Assembly (NCBI GenBank): GCA_963732365.1
Contig: CAVSZC010000007.1
Coordinates: 8,625-72,624, forward strand
From: an uncultured Bacteroidales bacterium
GTDB taxonomy: Bacteria; Bacteroidota; Bacteroidia; Bacteroidales; VadinHA17
DNA length: 64,000 nt
Direction: 5' to 3'
In this document: one piece after another, positions 38,997-48,325 of the stretch
Layout of the letters: each line of letters starts with the position of its first letter
How positions within the stretch are numbered: position 1 is the first letter of the stretch
Translations under genes and position numbers: made by a program
Notes under the pieces: model-generated
The model's database searches: none
What the model was told of the DNA's origin: nothing
The model's input: the letters and a program-made list of their open reading frames with translations, nothing else

Positions 38997-39071
38997 TGGG
39001 CGATGTAGGGATCGAACCTACGACCCCCTGCTTGTAAGGCAGGTGCTCTGAACCAACTGAGCTAATCGCCC
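38997..39071 (-). tRNA. tRNA-Val (anticodon TAC)
   Basis: The reverse complement reads GGGCGAT TA GCTC AGTTGGTTCA GAGC A CCTGC CTTACAA GCAGG GGGTC GTAGG TTCGATC CCTAC ATCGCCC A, a canonical cloverleaf. Confidence 0.92.
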
Positions 39072-39083
39072 GAAAAGCGAGTG

Positions 39084-39114
39084 CAAATATAACTCACATT
39101 TTCTTTTCTGCAAA
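39084..39114 (-). promoter_or_regulatory. Bacteroidetes-type promoter of tRNA-Val (-33 TTTG, 19-nt spacer, -7 TATATTTG)
   Basis: The minus strand reads TTTG-cagaaaagaaaatgtgagt-TATATTTG, with the -7 box ending 12 nt upstream of the tRNA 5' end. It matches the TTTG / TAnnTTTG consensus of Bacteroides promoters. Confidence 0.6.
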
Positions 39115-39223
39115 CTTATCGTTGAAATTTCAAATTGCCGGTAAGCGAAAGGATGATAAATTGAAGAAATTAGCAATACCGATAATAATGCGTATCTTGC
39201 GCCAGTAAATTTAAAATAATATA

Positions 39224-39415
39224 ATGAACAACGGAACAGTAAAATTCTACAATGAATCCAAAGGATTTGGATTTATCAAAGACGCAAATTCACCCAAAGA
39301 GTATTTTGTACATTCATCGGGACTGAAAGATTCGATCAATGAAAATGATGAAGTAACGTTTGATTTGCAGGAAGGCAAAAAGGGATTAAATGCAGTAAAT
39401 GTAAAACTGGCATAG
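39224..39415 (+). CDS. Cold-shock protein (CspA family)
   Basis: 63 aa. GTVKFYNESKGFGFI (RNP1) and VHSS (RNP2-like). Confidence 0.9.
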   Translation: MNNGTVKFYNESKGFGFIKDANSPKEYFVHSSGLKDSINENDEVTFDLQEGKKGLNAVNVKLA

Positions 39416-39446
39416 TTTATACACTATAACATTTAAGCAAAAGGAG

Positions 39447-39481
39447 ACCGTCTCATAATTCATATGAGACGGTTTTTTTTA
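39447..39481 (+). terminator. Rho-independent terminator of the csp gene
   Basis: ACCGTCTCATA-attca-TATGAGACGGT (11-bp stem) followed by a T run. Confidence 0.8.
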
Positions 39482-39840
39482 TTACGATGTATGAGACACC
39501 AGATGTGGATTTCAAGACAACTTTAACACACAGGCCGCAAAAAAGAGCCCTGCCAATGCTCCGAGACTCCTTTTTTTGCACTCCGGTCATCCGGTCTAAG
39601 GGCCAAATCATCAGACCGGGGAATCCATTATCAAAGAATTAAAGAGTTTGATCATCTGATTTTAACTCTTGATCAATTTTATTTTGCTTATTCTGGAATT
39701 GGGCTTTTCTTTGATATCAGGCGACAGTTATTCTGATTGCTGAAGAATTGAATAAATGAATCCTTTAATCCACCATACCGGAATATTATATACTTTTATT
39801 TTGCTGAACAGGTTCGGAAGTGACTTAATGAATCCTTTCC

Positions 39841-40482
39841 ATGGAGTATAACTATAAAACCCTCTTTGCATCAAGGAGAGAAGAATTTATTGCAATCTTA
39901 GGTCAGGATTTTTTTGCAACGGTGCTTGCTGATGACGATTTCAATGCATCAGCACTGGTATTATCCGATAAACGGTTATACCAGGTAGGAAATGTTTATG
40001 AACCACGGTTCAGTTTACTGAACGGCGGCTTAAGGGCAGGCAGGGGAAGGAAAATTGTTAACCTGGAAGATATCACAGGAACGGCAAGCAAGGAATACCC
40101 CAGGTCAATAGCAGGATATATAATGATGTCATTCGGAGCCCTGGCAATAGCATTGGGGCTTATGTCAGATGTCAGGCAGTCAACAGTGATAATGCTCGTT
40201 TGCGGTACCCCAATCGTATTACTGGGATTGTTTCTAAGCCTGCAACCCAGGAGAAAATACCTGGTCATTGAGTATCCGGACGGCAAAATTATCCAGCCTA
40301 TAAAATTTGCCAGCGGATCAGAAGTAAGTTTGTTTCAGGGGCTCATAACCATCGGGAAGGATAAGATCCTGGAAGGTTACAGTGAATCAAAGACATGCCC
40401 CAACTGTGCAGAGAAAATTCACTATAATGCCAAAATCTGCAAGTACTGCGGACATGATCAGGAGGACAACCCGGCAGCCTGA
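39841..40482 (+). CDS. Hypothetical membrane protein with a C-terminal zinc ribbon
   Basis: 213 aa. Two central TM helices and a CPNC..x12..CKYCGH zinc ribbon at the C-terminus. Confidence 0.55.
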   Translation: MEYNYKTLFASRREEFIAILGQDFFATVLADDDFNASALVLSDKRLYQVGNVYEPRFSLLNGGLRAGRGRKIVNLEDITGTASKEYPRSIAGYIMMSFGALAIALGLMSDVRQSTVIMLVCGTPIVLLGLFLSLQPRRKYLVIEYPDGKIIQPIKFASGSEVSLFQGLITIGKDKILEGYSESKTCPNCAEKIHYNAKICKYCGHDQEDNPAA

Positions 40483-40503
40483 CCGGCCTCTGTGACTTCT
40501 TGT

Positions 40504-40869
40504 TTATTTCCCGGGGTCTGAGTAATTCTCCTTTACCCTGAATTCAACAATCCTTCCGATAAGATCATAAGGGATGGGTTTGTTAATCGGAAACTGAACA
40601 GAACCTTTACCCCTTTTGTATTTTGAAAGCTCTCCCTCAAATGCAGCATGACCTGTCGGCGTTGCGTAAAATCCGATGTGATTCGCAAACCCTGCAAAAT
40701 AGACAAGAGGCCTCCCGTTAATTCTGAACGCAGGCATACCATAGCCAATGCCCTCATCAGCACCAGGCGCTTTGTCCTTTATAGTCCGGTAGACCTTTCG
40801 GAGGATCTTCCCTGTTTCTGCCGGAAAACTGTCGATATATTCATTAATGGTCTGATAAGGATTTTTCAT
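40504..40869 (-). CDS. DUF1801 (YdhG-like) domain protein
   Basis: 121 aa. INEYIDSFPAE...YGMPAF.....VYFA..KNHIGFY pattern. Confidence 0.7.
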   Translation of the reverse strand: MKNPYQTINEYIDSFPAETGKILRKVYRTIKDKAPGADEGIGYGMPAFRINGRPLVYFAGFANHIGFYATPTGHAAFEGELSKYKRGKGSVQFPINKPIPYDLIGRIVEFRVKENYSDPGK

Positions 40870-41089
40870 CTTGCATCACTTTTTGGTTTCTGACAGGCAC
40901 CTCCCCGGCTACCCGGATAAAGTCGCCTGCCTTCTTATACATATTAACAAACGAAACCGGATTAAGGCTTTCGAGTATGGACGAAATCGTTAATTATTTC
41001 ATAATTTATTGAAATTAAATGCAATATCCCGATAATAAAGTGTATCTTGAGCAAAAGTGACATTTTTCAGGAATATCATCAATATAATT

Positions 41090-41251
41090 ATGCTCGAGAA
41101 AAAAACCGTAGTTTTCAAATCACCAGATCTGTCAAAGCTTAAAGAGGTCATTATTGACCACAGAACAAAAATCTATATTGCTCCCGGCGCAGATGTCGAG
41201 GAGGCAAAAAGCCGTTACCTGTCCCTCGTTGCAACAAGGAAGCTAAGATAG
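41090..41251 (+). CDS. Small hypothetical protein (53 aa from MLEKKTVVF)
   Basis: ORF only, with no recognisable motif. The track ORF starts with GTG at 41057. Confidence 0.25.
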   Translation: MLEKKTVVFKSPDLSKLKEVIIDHRTKIYIAPGADVEEAKSRYLSLVATRKLR

Positions 41252-41286
41252 CCCCTCCTTCAGGGATCACAATTCTGCAATAACTT

Positions 41287-42360
41287 TTATTTCTTCTGAC
41301 AACCAATGCCTGGCAGATCATCGGGTATTGTATAGAACGGAGCAACATAGCCCGGTCCGCCTGTAAATGGCTCCATGGCCGGATCGATGTGGGGATCCAG
41401 GTCTATAAAGTCAAAACAACCCAGTCCTGCCGCAAAGTGCACGGAGCACCCCAGGGCCAGTTTGGTCTCAAGCATGCATCCAATCATCAGCTTTATGTTT
41501 GCACTCCGCGCTATGGCCGCTATATCAAGTGCTTCTATTATCCCTGATTTCATCAGCTTGATGTTGATCACATCCGCACAGCCTGTTCTTACAATGTTGA
41601 TGGCGTCGGCACTCGTAAAGACCGACTCGTCGGCACCGACGAGAACAGAAGTATGATCCTTAACAAATTTCAATCCCTGAAGGTCACTCTTGATCACCGG
41701 CTGCTCGAACATTACAGGACGGATGTTATTCTTCTCAAGCTCACCAAGGAAGTATACTGCCTCACATGGTGAATAACCCTGGTTGGCATCGAGTGTTATT
41801 CCGCAACCCGGAGCCCCTTCCCTGATGGCCAGGAGCCTGTCAATGTCATCAACAAGGTTTTTGCCCACCTTTGTCTTGATCACCCTGTAACCGTTTTTTG
41901 CAAGCTTTGTTGCATTGGCCCTGCAGACATCCGGGGGGACAATATCAATTGTATAATCGGTCTCTATCTTGTTCGTTAACCCTCCCAGAAACTGGTAAAG
42001 GGGGATGCCAAGCATCTTTGTATATGCATCGAGGAGTGCCATCTCCACGGCACACCGTGCTGTCACCTGCGCCCAGAAGACGCTCTTGAGGATCTTTGCG
42101 ATTGACCTGTATTCGGTTATGTTCTTGCCGATGATGAAGTCGCTGCAGCTGTTCAGTGTAGCAAGCACAGTGGCCTGATTCTCGCCATTGATGGGCTCAA
42201 GAGGCGCTGCCTCGCCATATCCCTCGATACCATTGTCAAGTACCACAGTAATGAGGGCATTTTCGATGCTGTACTTGGTTCCGATAGCAATCCTGAAGGG
42301 CTCTTCCAACGGGACATTCAAGGATTCAATGAATACCTTACTGATTTTAGCTGTTTTCAT
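41287..42360 (-). CDS. Dipeptide epimerase (L-Ala-D/L-Glu epimerase-like, enolase superfamily)
   Basis: 357 aa. KTKVG, LDANQGY, GADESV and INIKLMKSG motifs of the MR/MLE subgroup. Confidence 0.8.
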   Translation of the reverse strand: MKTAKISKVFIESLNVPLEEPFRIAIGTKYSIENALITVVLDNGIEGYGEAAPLEPINGENQATVLATLNSCSDFIIGKNITEYRSIAKILKSVFWAQVTARCAVEMALLDAYTKMLGIPLYQFLGGLTNKIETDYTIDIVPPDVCRANATKLAKNGYRVIKTKVGKNLVDDIDRLLAIREGAPGCGITLDANQGYSPCEAVYFLGELEKNNIRPVMFEQPVIKSDLQGLKFVKDHTSVLVGADESVFTSADAINIVRTGCADVINIKLMKSGIIEALDIAAIARSANIKLMIGCMLETKLALGCSVHFAAGLGCFDFIDLDPHIDPAMEPFTGGPGYVAPFYTIPDDLPGIGCQKK

Positions 42361-43453
42361 ATTTGACTTTCCAATTGTTTAACATCCTTACTAACACTTC
42401 GGACTGTTCGGCTGTGTGAGCTGCCGAGACGGTGATCCGTATCAGATGCAATTCCTGTCTGACCGGGTAGCTCACGAAGGGGGCAATGATACCATTATCC
42501 TCGAGGTAGAGGGAGAGACTTTTTGCATTACCGGGAGTCTCGAACATGATGGGGATTATCGGGGTGCAGTCAGAAGTTGTCCTGAAGCCAAGCGAAATGA
42601 CCTGCTCCCTGATCCATGCTGCCTTGTTTAATACGTCAGTTCGAAGCTCCGGATTCTCATTCATTATTTTCAGGGAGGCGATGCCGGCAGCCACCACGGG
42701 AGGCGGCAGTGCGGTAGAGGCCTGGTATGTTGATGATTTACGTCTTATTAGGTCTGTCAGCCCTTTGTCTCCGGAGATAAAGCCCCCGTAACCGCCCAGA
42801 GCCTTGCTCATGGTCTCTGTCTGACAGATATTTTCCTCTGCATGCAGGGAAAAATGTTCAGGCGTGCCCTTTCCGGTATCACCAAGAATACCTGTTGCAT
42901 GAGCGTCGTCAACGACCAGAATGCCATTGTGCCTTTTCACCAGCGGGAATATCCTGTCAAGAGGAGCTATCTCACCTGTAAGTGCAAAAACGCCGTCGGT
43001 AATGATCAGGGGAACAGGGCCGGCGTGCTTTTCAAGTAATGCTCCGAGGTGTTCCGGATCACAGTGGCTGTAACTGTAAACACTCGCGTGCTCTCCCCTT
43101 ATGGCAGAGATAATGCTTGCATGGGCAGATTCATCGATGAAAACGGAGGAATAGCCTCCCCTGAGAACCTCGATCAGGATACTGTTCCCCAGGTACCCTG
43201 AAGCAAAGACGACAGAATCATCCCTTCCCTTAAACCGTGACAGCTCCCTCTCAAGCTCAAGATGAATATCTGCCGTTCCAGTCGTGTGGCGCGAGGCAGA
43301 AAAATTTACGCCGTACTTTTCAATTGCCTTCGAAGCTGCTTCCTTAATAAGAGGATGACTTGCCAGGCCGAGATAATTGTTCCCACCGAAATATGAGTAC
43401 TTTTTGCCGTTGACAATGGCATAGTTACCGATAGCGCCGCTCAAAACAATCAT
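42347..43453 (-). CDS. Alpha-oxoamine synthase family PLP enzyme (BioF/KBL/Spt-like)
   Basis: 368 aa. VDDAHATGILG and the PLP-lysine context TMSKALGGYGGF. Its 3' end overlaps the epimerase start by 14 nt. Confidence 0.8.
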   Translation of the reverse strand: MIVLSGAIGNYAIVNGKKYSYFGGNNYLGLASHPLIKEAASKAIEKYGVNFSASRHTTGTADIHLELERELSRFKGRDDSVVFASGYLGNSILIEVLRGGYSSVFIDESAHASIISAIRGEHASVYSYSHCDPEHLGALLEKHAGPVPLIITDGVFALTGEIAPLDRIFPLVKRHNGILVVDDAHATGILGDTGKGTPEHFSLHAEENICQTETMSKALGGYGGFISGDKGLTDLIRRKSSTYQASTALPPPVVAAGIASLKIMNENPELRTDVLNKAAWIREQVISLGFRTTSDCTPIIPIMFETPGNAKSLSLYLEDNGIIAPFVSYPVRQELHLIRITVSAAHTAEQSEVLVRMLNNWKVKYENS

Positions 43454-43582
43454 AGGAATCTAATGCTCCGCGATATTGAATGCTTCTATCAAAAATACAG
43501 TATTATTATTGTAAAAAGAGCATTTCTGCCAGAAACTCTGTGGTTAAGCCTTTTTACCCCAGAGGGCACAGAGTCAGTGCAT

Positions 43583-43625
43583 GAGTAACACTGCTTCTAT
43601 TTCCGGAATAGAAGCAGTGTTACTC
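43583..43625 (-). terminator. Perfect 19-bp inverted repeat 65 nt downstream of the M56/TonB gene (terminator or protein-binding site)
   Basis: GAGTAACACTGCTTCTATT-tccgg-AATAGAAGCAGTGTTACTC. No U tract on either strand. Confidence 0.3.
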
Positions 43626-43689
43626 CGTGGCGAAGGAAAATAATCTGATGCCTCCTGCGCCTGTTTGAGAGATGATCAATAGCCTGATG

Positions 43690-45465
43690 CTATTCAAGAC
43701 TGAACTTTACGGGCACCGTGTATTTAACATCAACGGCTTTGCCTCTCTGATGACCGGGTTGCCAGTCGGGCATGTGTCCAATAACCCTTTCAGCCTCTGC
43801 ATCCAGAAGAGGATCTACAGTCCTTATGGTCTTTACATTCGTTATCTTGCCCGTTCTGGTAACAACAAAATCAACAACTACCGTACCGGTGATTTTCCCT
43901 TTTACTGCTTCTGCCGGGTATTTAAGGTTACCTCCTATCCAGGCCATCATTGCATCCTGGCCCCCGGGGAACTGCGGCATCTCCTCCACTACAACAAAAA
44001 CATCCTCTCCTGTGGCTTCGCTGCCCACAGCCACAGCCACTGCACTCTTAGCTCCGGCAGCTTGCGATGCCTTAGCCTTGGTAGTTATCTCTATAACACC
44101 ATTCCTGCCTCTTTCTCCGTAAAGCTTTACAGCCGTTTCGTCTTTGAAAACATTTATCGAATGTATTGTTTCCGGATCAATTGCACCGAGGTCTGTGTCT
44201 GTGACCGTACCGTCAAGAACGATAAGAACCTGTGACATATCCACACCGGTTGCAACCTTCACCTCTGCCGGCGGCGGCGGGGGCGGCGGGGGAGGAACAT
44301 GAACCGTGTCAGTCATAACGGTAGCCCTGACCATCGTGACTGTGACATCTTTGCCAAACTGAGGTTTCATCACTTTTGATGCAAAACCGACATAGCTGAT
44401 AATAAGGAGTCCATCATCAGGAACATTCTCAAGCATGAAGCGTCCCTTCTGATCTGAAACGGTGCCGGTTGTGGTACCCTTGAGCATTATGGCAGCGCCT
44501 TCCAAAGGAGTGCCATCTTCGCTGACCACGACCCCTTTTATTACTCCGGTCATCTGATACGGCACATTATCAGCGGCTGAGATGGCGGTATCGGATGCTG
44601 TAATACTGTATTCAGGTTCTGCAAATGCATAAAGTATCATGACTGATACGGGAAGTATCAAAAGCAGCCTGAGTTTTCTGACTGGTGAAGTGACAATATT
44701 TTTCATCATGTAAAATCTTTTTTTGTTGAGTGAATAATTGAAGCTGTTACCCAGATCAATGACCGGTGTGCCGGCAATCTGGTTCAGAAGTGCTGCCCTG
44801 TAAAGTGCCGGGTCGGAAGTTGTCCGGAGTGCCTCCTCATCTGCAAGATATTCGTGATTTTGCCTGATGAACCTGGCATAGATCCAGACAACCGGGTTGA
44901 ACCACTGCAGGGTACAGAGCAATCCTGTCAGTAAAAGGTCGAGCCAGTGTCTCTGCCTCACATGGACCATCTCATGATTCATTATCTCCCGGGTCTCGGT
45001 GTTTGTGAGGGACGGATTGACAACAACCCAGGAGAAGAATGAAAACGGTGTGACATTGGCCGAGTGGCTGACGATTTTCACGGGCCATCCCTGCAATCTT
45101 TCCGAATCCCTGATACTTCTTACTACAGAGAATGACTGCAACAGATACCTGGAAATCATTATCAAAACTCCGACCGCATATAGCACCAACAGTATTCTTT
45201 CCACGGAAAACCCGCCTGAGACTGCGGTCATTTCAAAACCTCCGGCATTGACATCCCCCGGTTGCGCACTCCGGAGGGCTGGCATTTCTACGATGTAATG
45301 AACAGTAATCAAAGGGAACAGAAGTGAAGCGAGGATACCTGTGACCAGATACATCCTGTTCAGAATAAAGTACCTCTCATTCTGCAGGAAGATCATGTAG
45401 ACAACCGCAAATCCGGTGATCCAGACCGCAGACTTCATGAGATATAACAGCAATCCTTCCATCAC
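43690..45465 (-). CDS. BlaR1-like M56 peptidase sensor fused to CarboxypepD_reg-like and TonB C-terminal domains
   Basis: 591 aa. N-terminal TM helices, HEMVHVRQRHW (HExxH), a Pro9 linker, and a C-terminal TonB-like domain (EEMPQFPGGQDAMMAWI...GTVVVDFVV...G). Confidence 0.8.
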   Translation of the reverse strand: MMEGLLLYLMKSAVWITGFAVVYMIFLQNERYFILNRMYLVTGILASLLFPLITVHYIVEMPALRSAQPGDVNAGGFEMTAVSGGFSVERILLVLYAVGVLIMISRYLLQSFSVVRSIRDSERLQGWPVKIVSHSANVTPFSFFSWVVVNPSLTNTETREIMNHEMVHVRQRHWLDLLLTGLLCTLQWFNPVVWIYARFIRQNHEYLADEEALRTTSDPALYRAALLNQIAGTPVIDLGNSFNYSLNKKRFYMMKNIVTSPVRKLRLLLILPVSVMILYAFAEPEYSITASDTAISAADNVPYQMTGVIKGVVVSEDGTPLEGAAIMLKGTTTGTVSDQKGRFMLENVPDDGLLIISYVGFASKVMKPQFGKDVTVTMVRATVMTDTVHVPPPPPPPPPAEVKVATGVDMSQVLIVLDGTVTDTDLGAIDPETIHSINVFKDETAVKLYGERGRNGVIEITTKAKASQAAGAKSAVAVAVGSEATGEDVFVVVEEMPQFPGGQDAMMAWIGGNLKYPAEAVKGKITGTVVVDFVVTRTGKITNVKTIRTVDPLLDAEAERVIGHMPDWQPGHQRGKAVDVKYTVPVKFSLE

Positions 45466-45863
45466 CCTCTCTTTTTACGTTGCGACAATTCCATCCGTGC
45501 TTCGCTGAGCAGCTCATCAAGTTCACTTACTGACATGTCCTTTTCACGTGCAAAGAACGATGCCATAGCCGGAAATGAGTTGTTGAAATAGCCTTCAAGC
45601 AGACCAAAAAGCTGGCTCTTTGAGTATTCACTTTTCGACACGAGAGGAAAATAGAGATGTACATTCCCATAGGACTTGTGATCAACAAATCCCTTTTTCT
45701 CCAGTATCCTTACCACGGTTGAAACAGTGTTCCTGGCAGGCTTCGGGTCACTGAACCGATCGCGGATATCCTTGACGATCCCCTCTTCCAGTTCCCATAT
45801 TATTTGCATTACCTGCTCCTCTGCCTTTGTCAGTTGCATCATTTTCATCGTTTCTAATGTCAA
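45462..45863 (-). CDS. BlaI/MecI/CopY family transcriptional repressor
   Basis: 133 aa. Winged-helix pattern LTKAEEQVMQIIW...TVSTVVRILEKKGFV. 4-nt overlap with the sensor gene. Confidence 0.85.
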   Translation of the reverse strand: MTLETMKMMQLTKAEEQVMQIIWELEEGIVKDIRDRFSDPKPARNTVSTVVRILEKKGFVDHKSYGNVHLYFPLVSKSEYSKSQLFGLLEGYFNNSFPAMASFFAREKDMSVSELDELLSEARMELSQRKKRG

Positions 45864-45880
45864 TCCAACAATACAAATAT

Positions 45881-45939
45881 ATGACTATTTTTCTAGTCAT
45901 GCAACTATTTTCGCGAAAATTTGACTATTTTTTTAGTTA
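45881..45939. promoter_or_regulatory. Candidate BlaI operators upstream of the blaI-like operon
   Basis: ATGACTA-tttttc-TAGTCAT (45881-45900), the perfect palindrome ATTTTCGCGAAAAT (45907-45920), and TGACTA-tttttt-TAGTTA (45922-45939). ACTATTTT recurs at about 20-bp spacing. A TATATTTG -7 box lies on the minus strand at 45874-45881. Confidence 0.4.
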
Positions 45940-46064
45940 TTTTAATAACTAACTGATTTAGAGTCTTTTATATGGATTTACATGTCAATGCAGTTGAATC
46001 AGAATAAAGACACATTCATGTGACAGACAGCATACCGGCTCTATTTCTCCGTCTTTTCCATATG

Positions 46065-47978
46065 TTACTTTTTCAGGTGTTCTGCAAGGAACTTATCCAT
46101 TGCATTGTAAAAGTCAAACTGGTTCTTCTCATTATAGAATCCATGCCCCTCATCATCTTTCACCATATATTCAACAGTTACTCCCCGGTTCCTCAGTGCT
46201 TCAACCATCTGGTTGCTCTCATTGATGTTCACCCTGGGGTCATTGGCTCCCTGCGCCACAAACAGAGGTGTTTTTATCTTGTCAGCGTGAAGCACAGGAG
46301 ATGCTTCAGCCATCAAAAGGCTGTCCTTCACAGGGTCTCCTACCATTTCATAAAACATCTGGAGCTGTGGTTCCCAGTATGGCGGGATAGACTTCATGAA
46401 GGTGAACATATTTGCCACACCTACATAATCGACGGCTGCAGCATAAAGATCCGGTGTAAAGGCAACACCTGCAAGGGTTGCATATCCGCCATAGCTTCCT
46501 CCATAAATGGCTATCCTCTCTTTATCGGCTATTCCCTGCTCAACAAGCCAGTTTACTCCGTCCGTGATATCATCCTGCATGGTTTTGCCCCATTGCTTGA
46601 ACGATGCTTCCCAGAACTCCCTTCCGTAACCGGTAGAACCGCGGAAGTTCATCTGGAAAACAGCATATCCCCTGTTGGCCAGGAACTGAACCTCAGGATT
46701 GAAGCCCCACTGGTCTCGAGCCCAGGGTCCTCCATGAGGATTGACAACCACCGGCAGTTTTTTTGCTGTCTCCATTGTATAGCCTTTGGGCAAAGTCAGA
46801 TAGCCATGAATAGTCAGTCCGTCACGGCTGACATATTCAATTGGATTCATCGTGGCCATCTCCTCAGGGTCAAGCCATGGAGCTACGTCAGCTATCTTAT
46901 CGAGGCTTCCTGAAGCTTTGTCAAAGAGATAATATGTTCCAAAAATTTTGTCGCTTTGGCCGACCACTATATATTTATCCTCCGCCTTGTTATTAGACAC
47001 AAGCCCAAATTCAAAATCTCCAAGCTTGCTTTTGAGGTCACTTATCATATTCTCAAATTCCTCATCGAAGAAGTATCTTTCCCTCTTCCATGAAGTGTAC
47101 CTTGCTGCTGTCAGCACCTTGCGTGCCCTGGAACAGACAAGCAGATCAACATCATAATCCGGATTTTCGTACAGCACCTGCTCCTCCTTCCCGGTAACGG
47201 GGTCAAAAATGATTGCTGCAGTTTTGTCACGGCCGAGGTTCGATACAGCATAAAACTTTTTGTTATCGAACGTAAAAAACTGCGGAGACATGGTTTCCTT
47301 AAAGGTAGTCGTCAGAATATCCCTGAAAGGCTCCTGTTCAGTATCCCGGTACAGAAGTGATGTATTGACTCCTTCGACTACTGCCATTGCGCCCCTCAGC
47401 TTTCCCTCATGATCAGTCATCCAGCCTACTATATTACCCGGGTTTTCCGCCAGCATGGTGAGTTCGCCGGTGTTTATGTCAAGGCGATAGGGATCAAATA
47501 TCTGGGAAACACGTTTATTCAGACCTATGATCACATAGTCGTCAATGTCAGGAAGGTCATCAATCATTTCTGTACGTACTTTCTCGAAGTCTGCCAGTGC
47601 CTTGAGGTTTGAACCGTCCTTGTTCACTCCATACAGTTTCAGGTTCTCATCACCGCCTTTATCCTTTATATACAAAATACGCTCATTGCTTGCCCAGAAG
47701 TAATCGTAAATACTTCTCAGCGTGTCATAAGTGAGCTGGGTTACAGCCTCTTTACCAATCTCCTGTACAAAAATATTCATCATACCCTTGTAAGGTGCCA
47801 TATAGGCATAGTAATTCCCATCGGGAGAAAGCGAAAATCCGGCTTTATCAGGATTTCTGAAGAAATCTTCAACAGCATACTGTTTTGCAGGAGGTACTAC
47901 TCCGGGTTTGCAGCTATAGGCAAGCATAATGACAGCAGCCAATGCCACTGGCCAGAAAAAGAGACTCTTGGTTTTCAT
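46065..47978 (-). CDS. S9 family serine peptidase (prolyl oligopeptidase / dipeptidyl aminopeptidase-like)
   Basis: 637 aa. Signal peptide/lipobox, beta-propeller N-terminal half, and nucleophile elbow GGSYGGY. Confidence 0.85.
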   Translation of the reverse strand: MKTKSLFFWPVALAAVIMLAYSCKPGVVPPAKQYAVEDFFRNPDKAGFSLSPDGNYYAYMAPYKGMMNIFVQEIGKEAVTQLTYDTLRSIYDYFWASNERILYIKDKGGDENLKLYGVNKDGSNLKALADFEKVRTEMIDDLPDIDDYVIIGLNKRVSQIFDPYRLDINTGELTMLAENPGNIVGWMTDHEGKLRGAMAVVEGVNTSLLYRDTEQEPFRDILTTTFKETMSPQFFTFDNKKFYAVSNLGRDKTAAIIFDPVTGKEEQVLYENPDYDVDLLVCSRARKVLTAARYTSWKRERYFFDEEFENMISDLKSKLGDFEFGLVSNNKAEDKYIVVGQSDKIFGTYYLFDKASGSLDKIADVAPWLDPEEMATMNPIEYVSRDGLTIHGYLTLPKGYTMETAKKLPVVVNPHGGPWARDQWGFNPEVQFLANRGYAVFQMNFRGSTGYGREFWEASFKQWGKTMQDDITDGVNWLVEQGIADKERIAIYGGSYGGYATLAGVAFTPDLYAAAVDYVGVANMFTFMKSIPPYWEPQLQMFYEMVGDPVKDSLLMAEASPVLHADKIKTPLFVAQGANDPRVNINESNQMVEALRNRGVTVEYMVKDDEGHGFYNEKNQFDFYNAMDKFLAEHLKK

Positions 47979-48325
47979 AGGTTCTGATTGTTGCTTATTA
48001 AAATGTAATTTGAAATGGTTCTGTCAGATAAGAAGAAAATCAAATTTACAGTTTAATATTGCTGAAGTCAATTATTTTTTATAGCGGACGAAGGACTAAC
48101 AATCGGGTTCAACCAAAGCAGCGCTGCCTGCCGCCTGCTATAATTCCCCTTCCATCTTTTCATTGCCGCATGAGAGGAAATACTCAAAGCCGGGCCTCAG
48201 TTTATCGGTATAGCCCAGATACCGTTTTCCGCATCGCCCCCGGAGGAGTGATGCAATAACTAAATAAACTTGACTTGACACTGATCAAAGCTTAACTTTG
48301 AGAACAAACCCCAAACCATAATCGC

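Noticed and set aside
38658-39037. Four overlapping ORFs of 69-96 aa on both strands (38658-38939, 38692-38955, 38743-38952, 38747-39037).
   Set aside because: They are mutually exclusive. One runs into the tRNA-Val gene. The translations are low-complexity and Arg/Gly/Pro/Cys-rich, typical of GC-rich non-coding sequence.
43672-44235. 187-aa and 116-aa plus-strand ORFs.
   Set aside because: They are antisense to the TonB-C domain region of the M56 sensor gene and have no recognisable features.
46020-46913. 297-aa plus-strand ORF.
   Set aside because: It is entirely antisense to the S9 peptidase gene, which has the GGSYGGY nucleophile motif. The translation has no motifs, is Cys/His/Phe-rich and looks non-protein-like.
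48090-48260. GC-richer patch in the 346-bp leader of the acyl-CoA ligase gene, considered as a riboswitch or gene remnant (66-aa ORF at 48059-48259).
   Set aside because: I could find no convincing helices or known riboswitch motifs. The ORF translation looks non-coding. Evidence is insufficient to report it as a feature.
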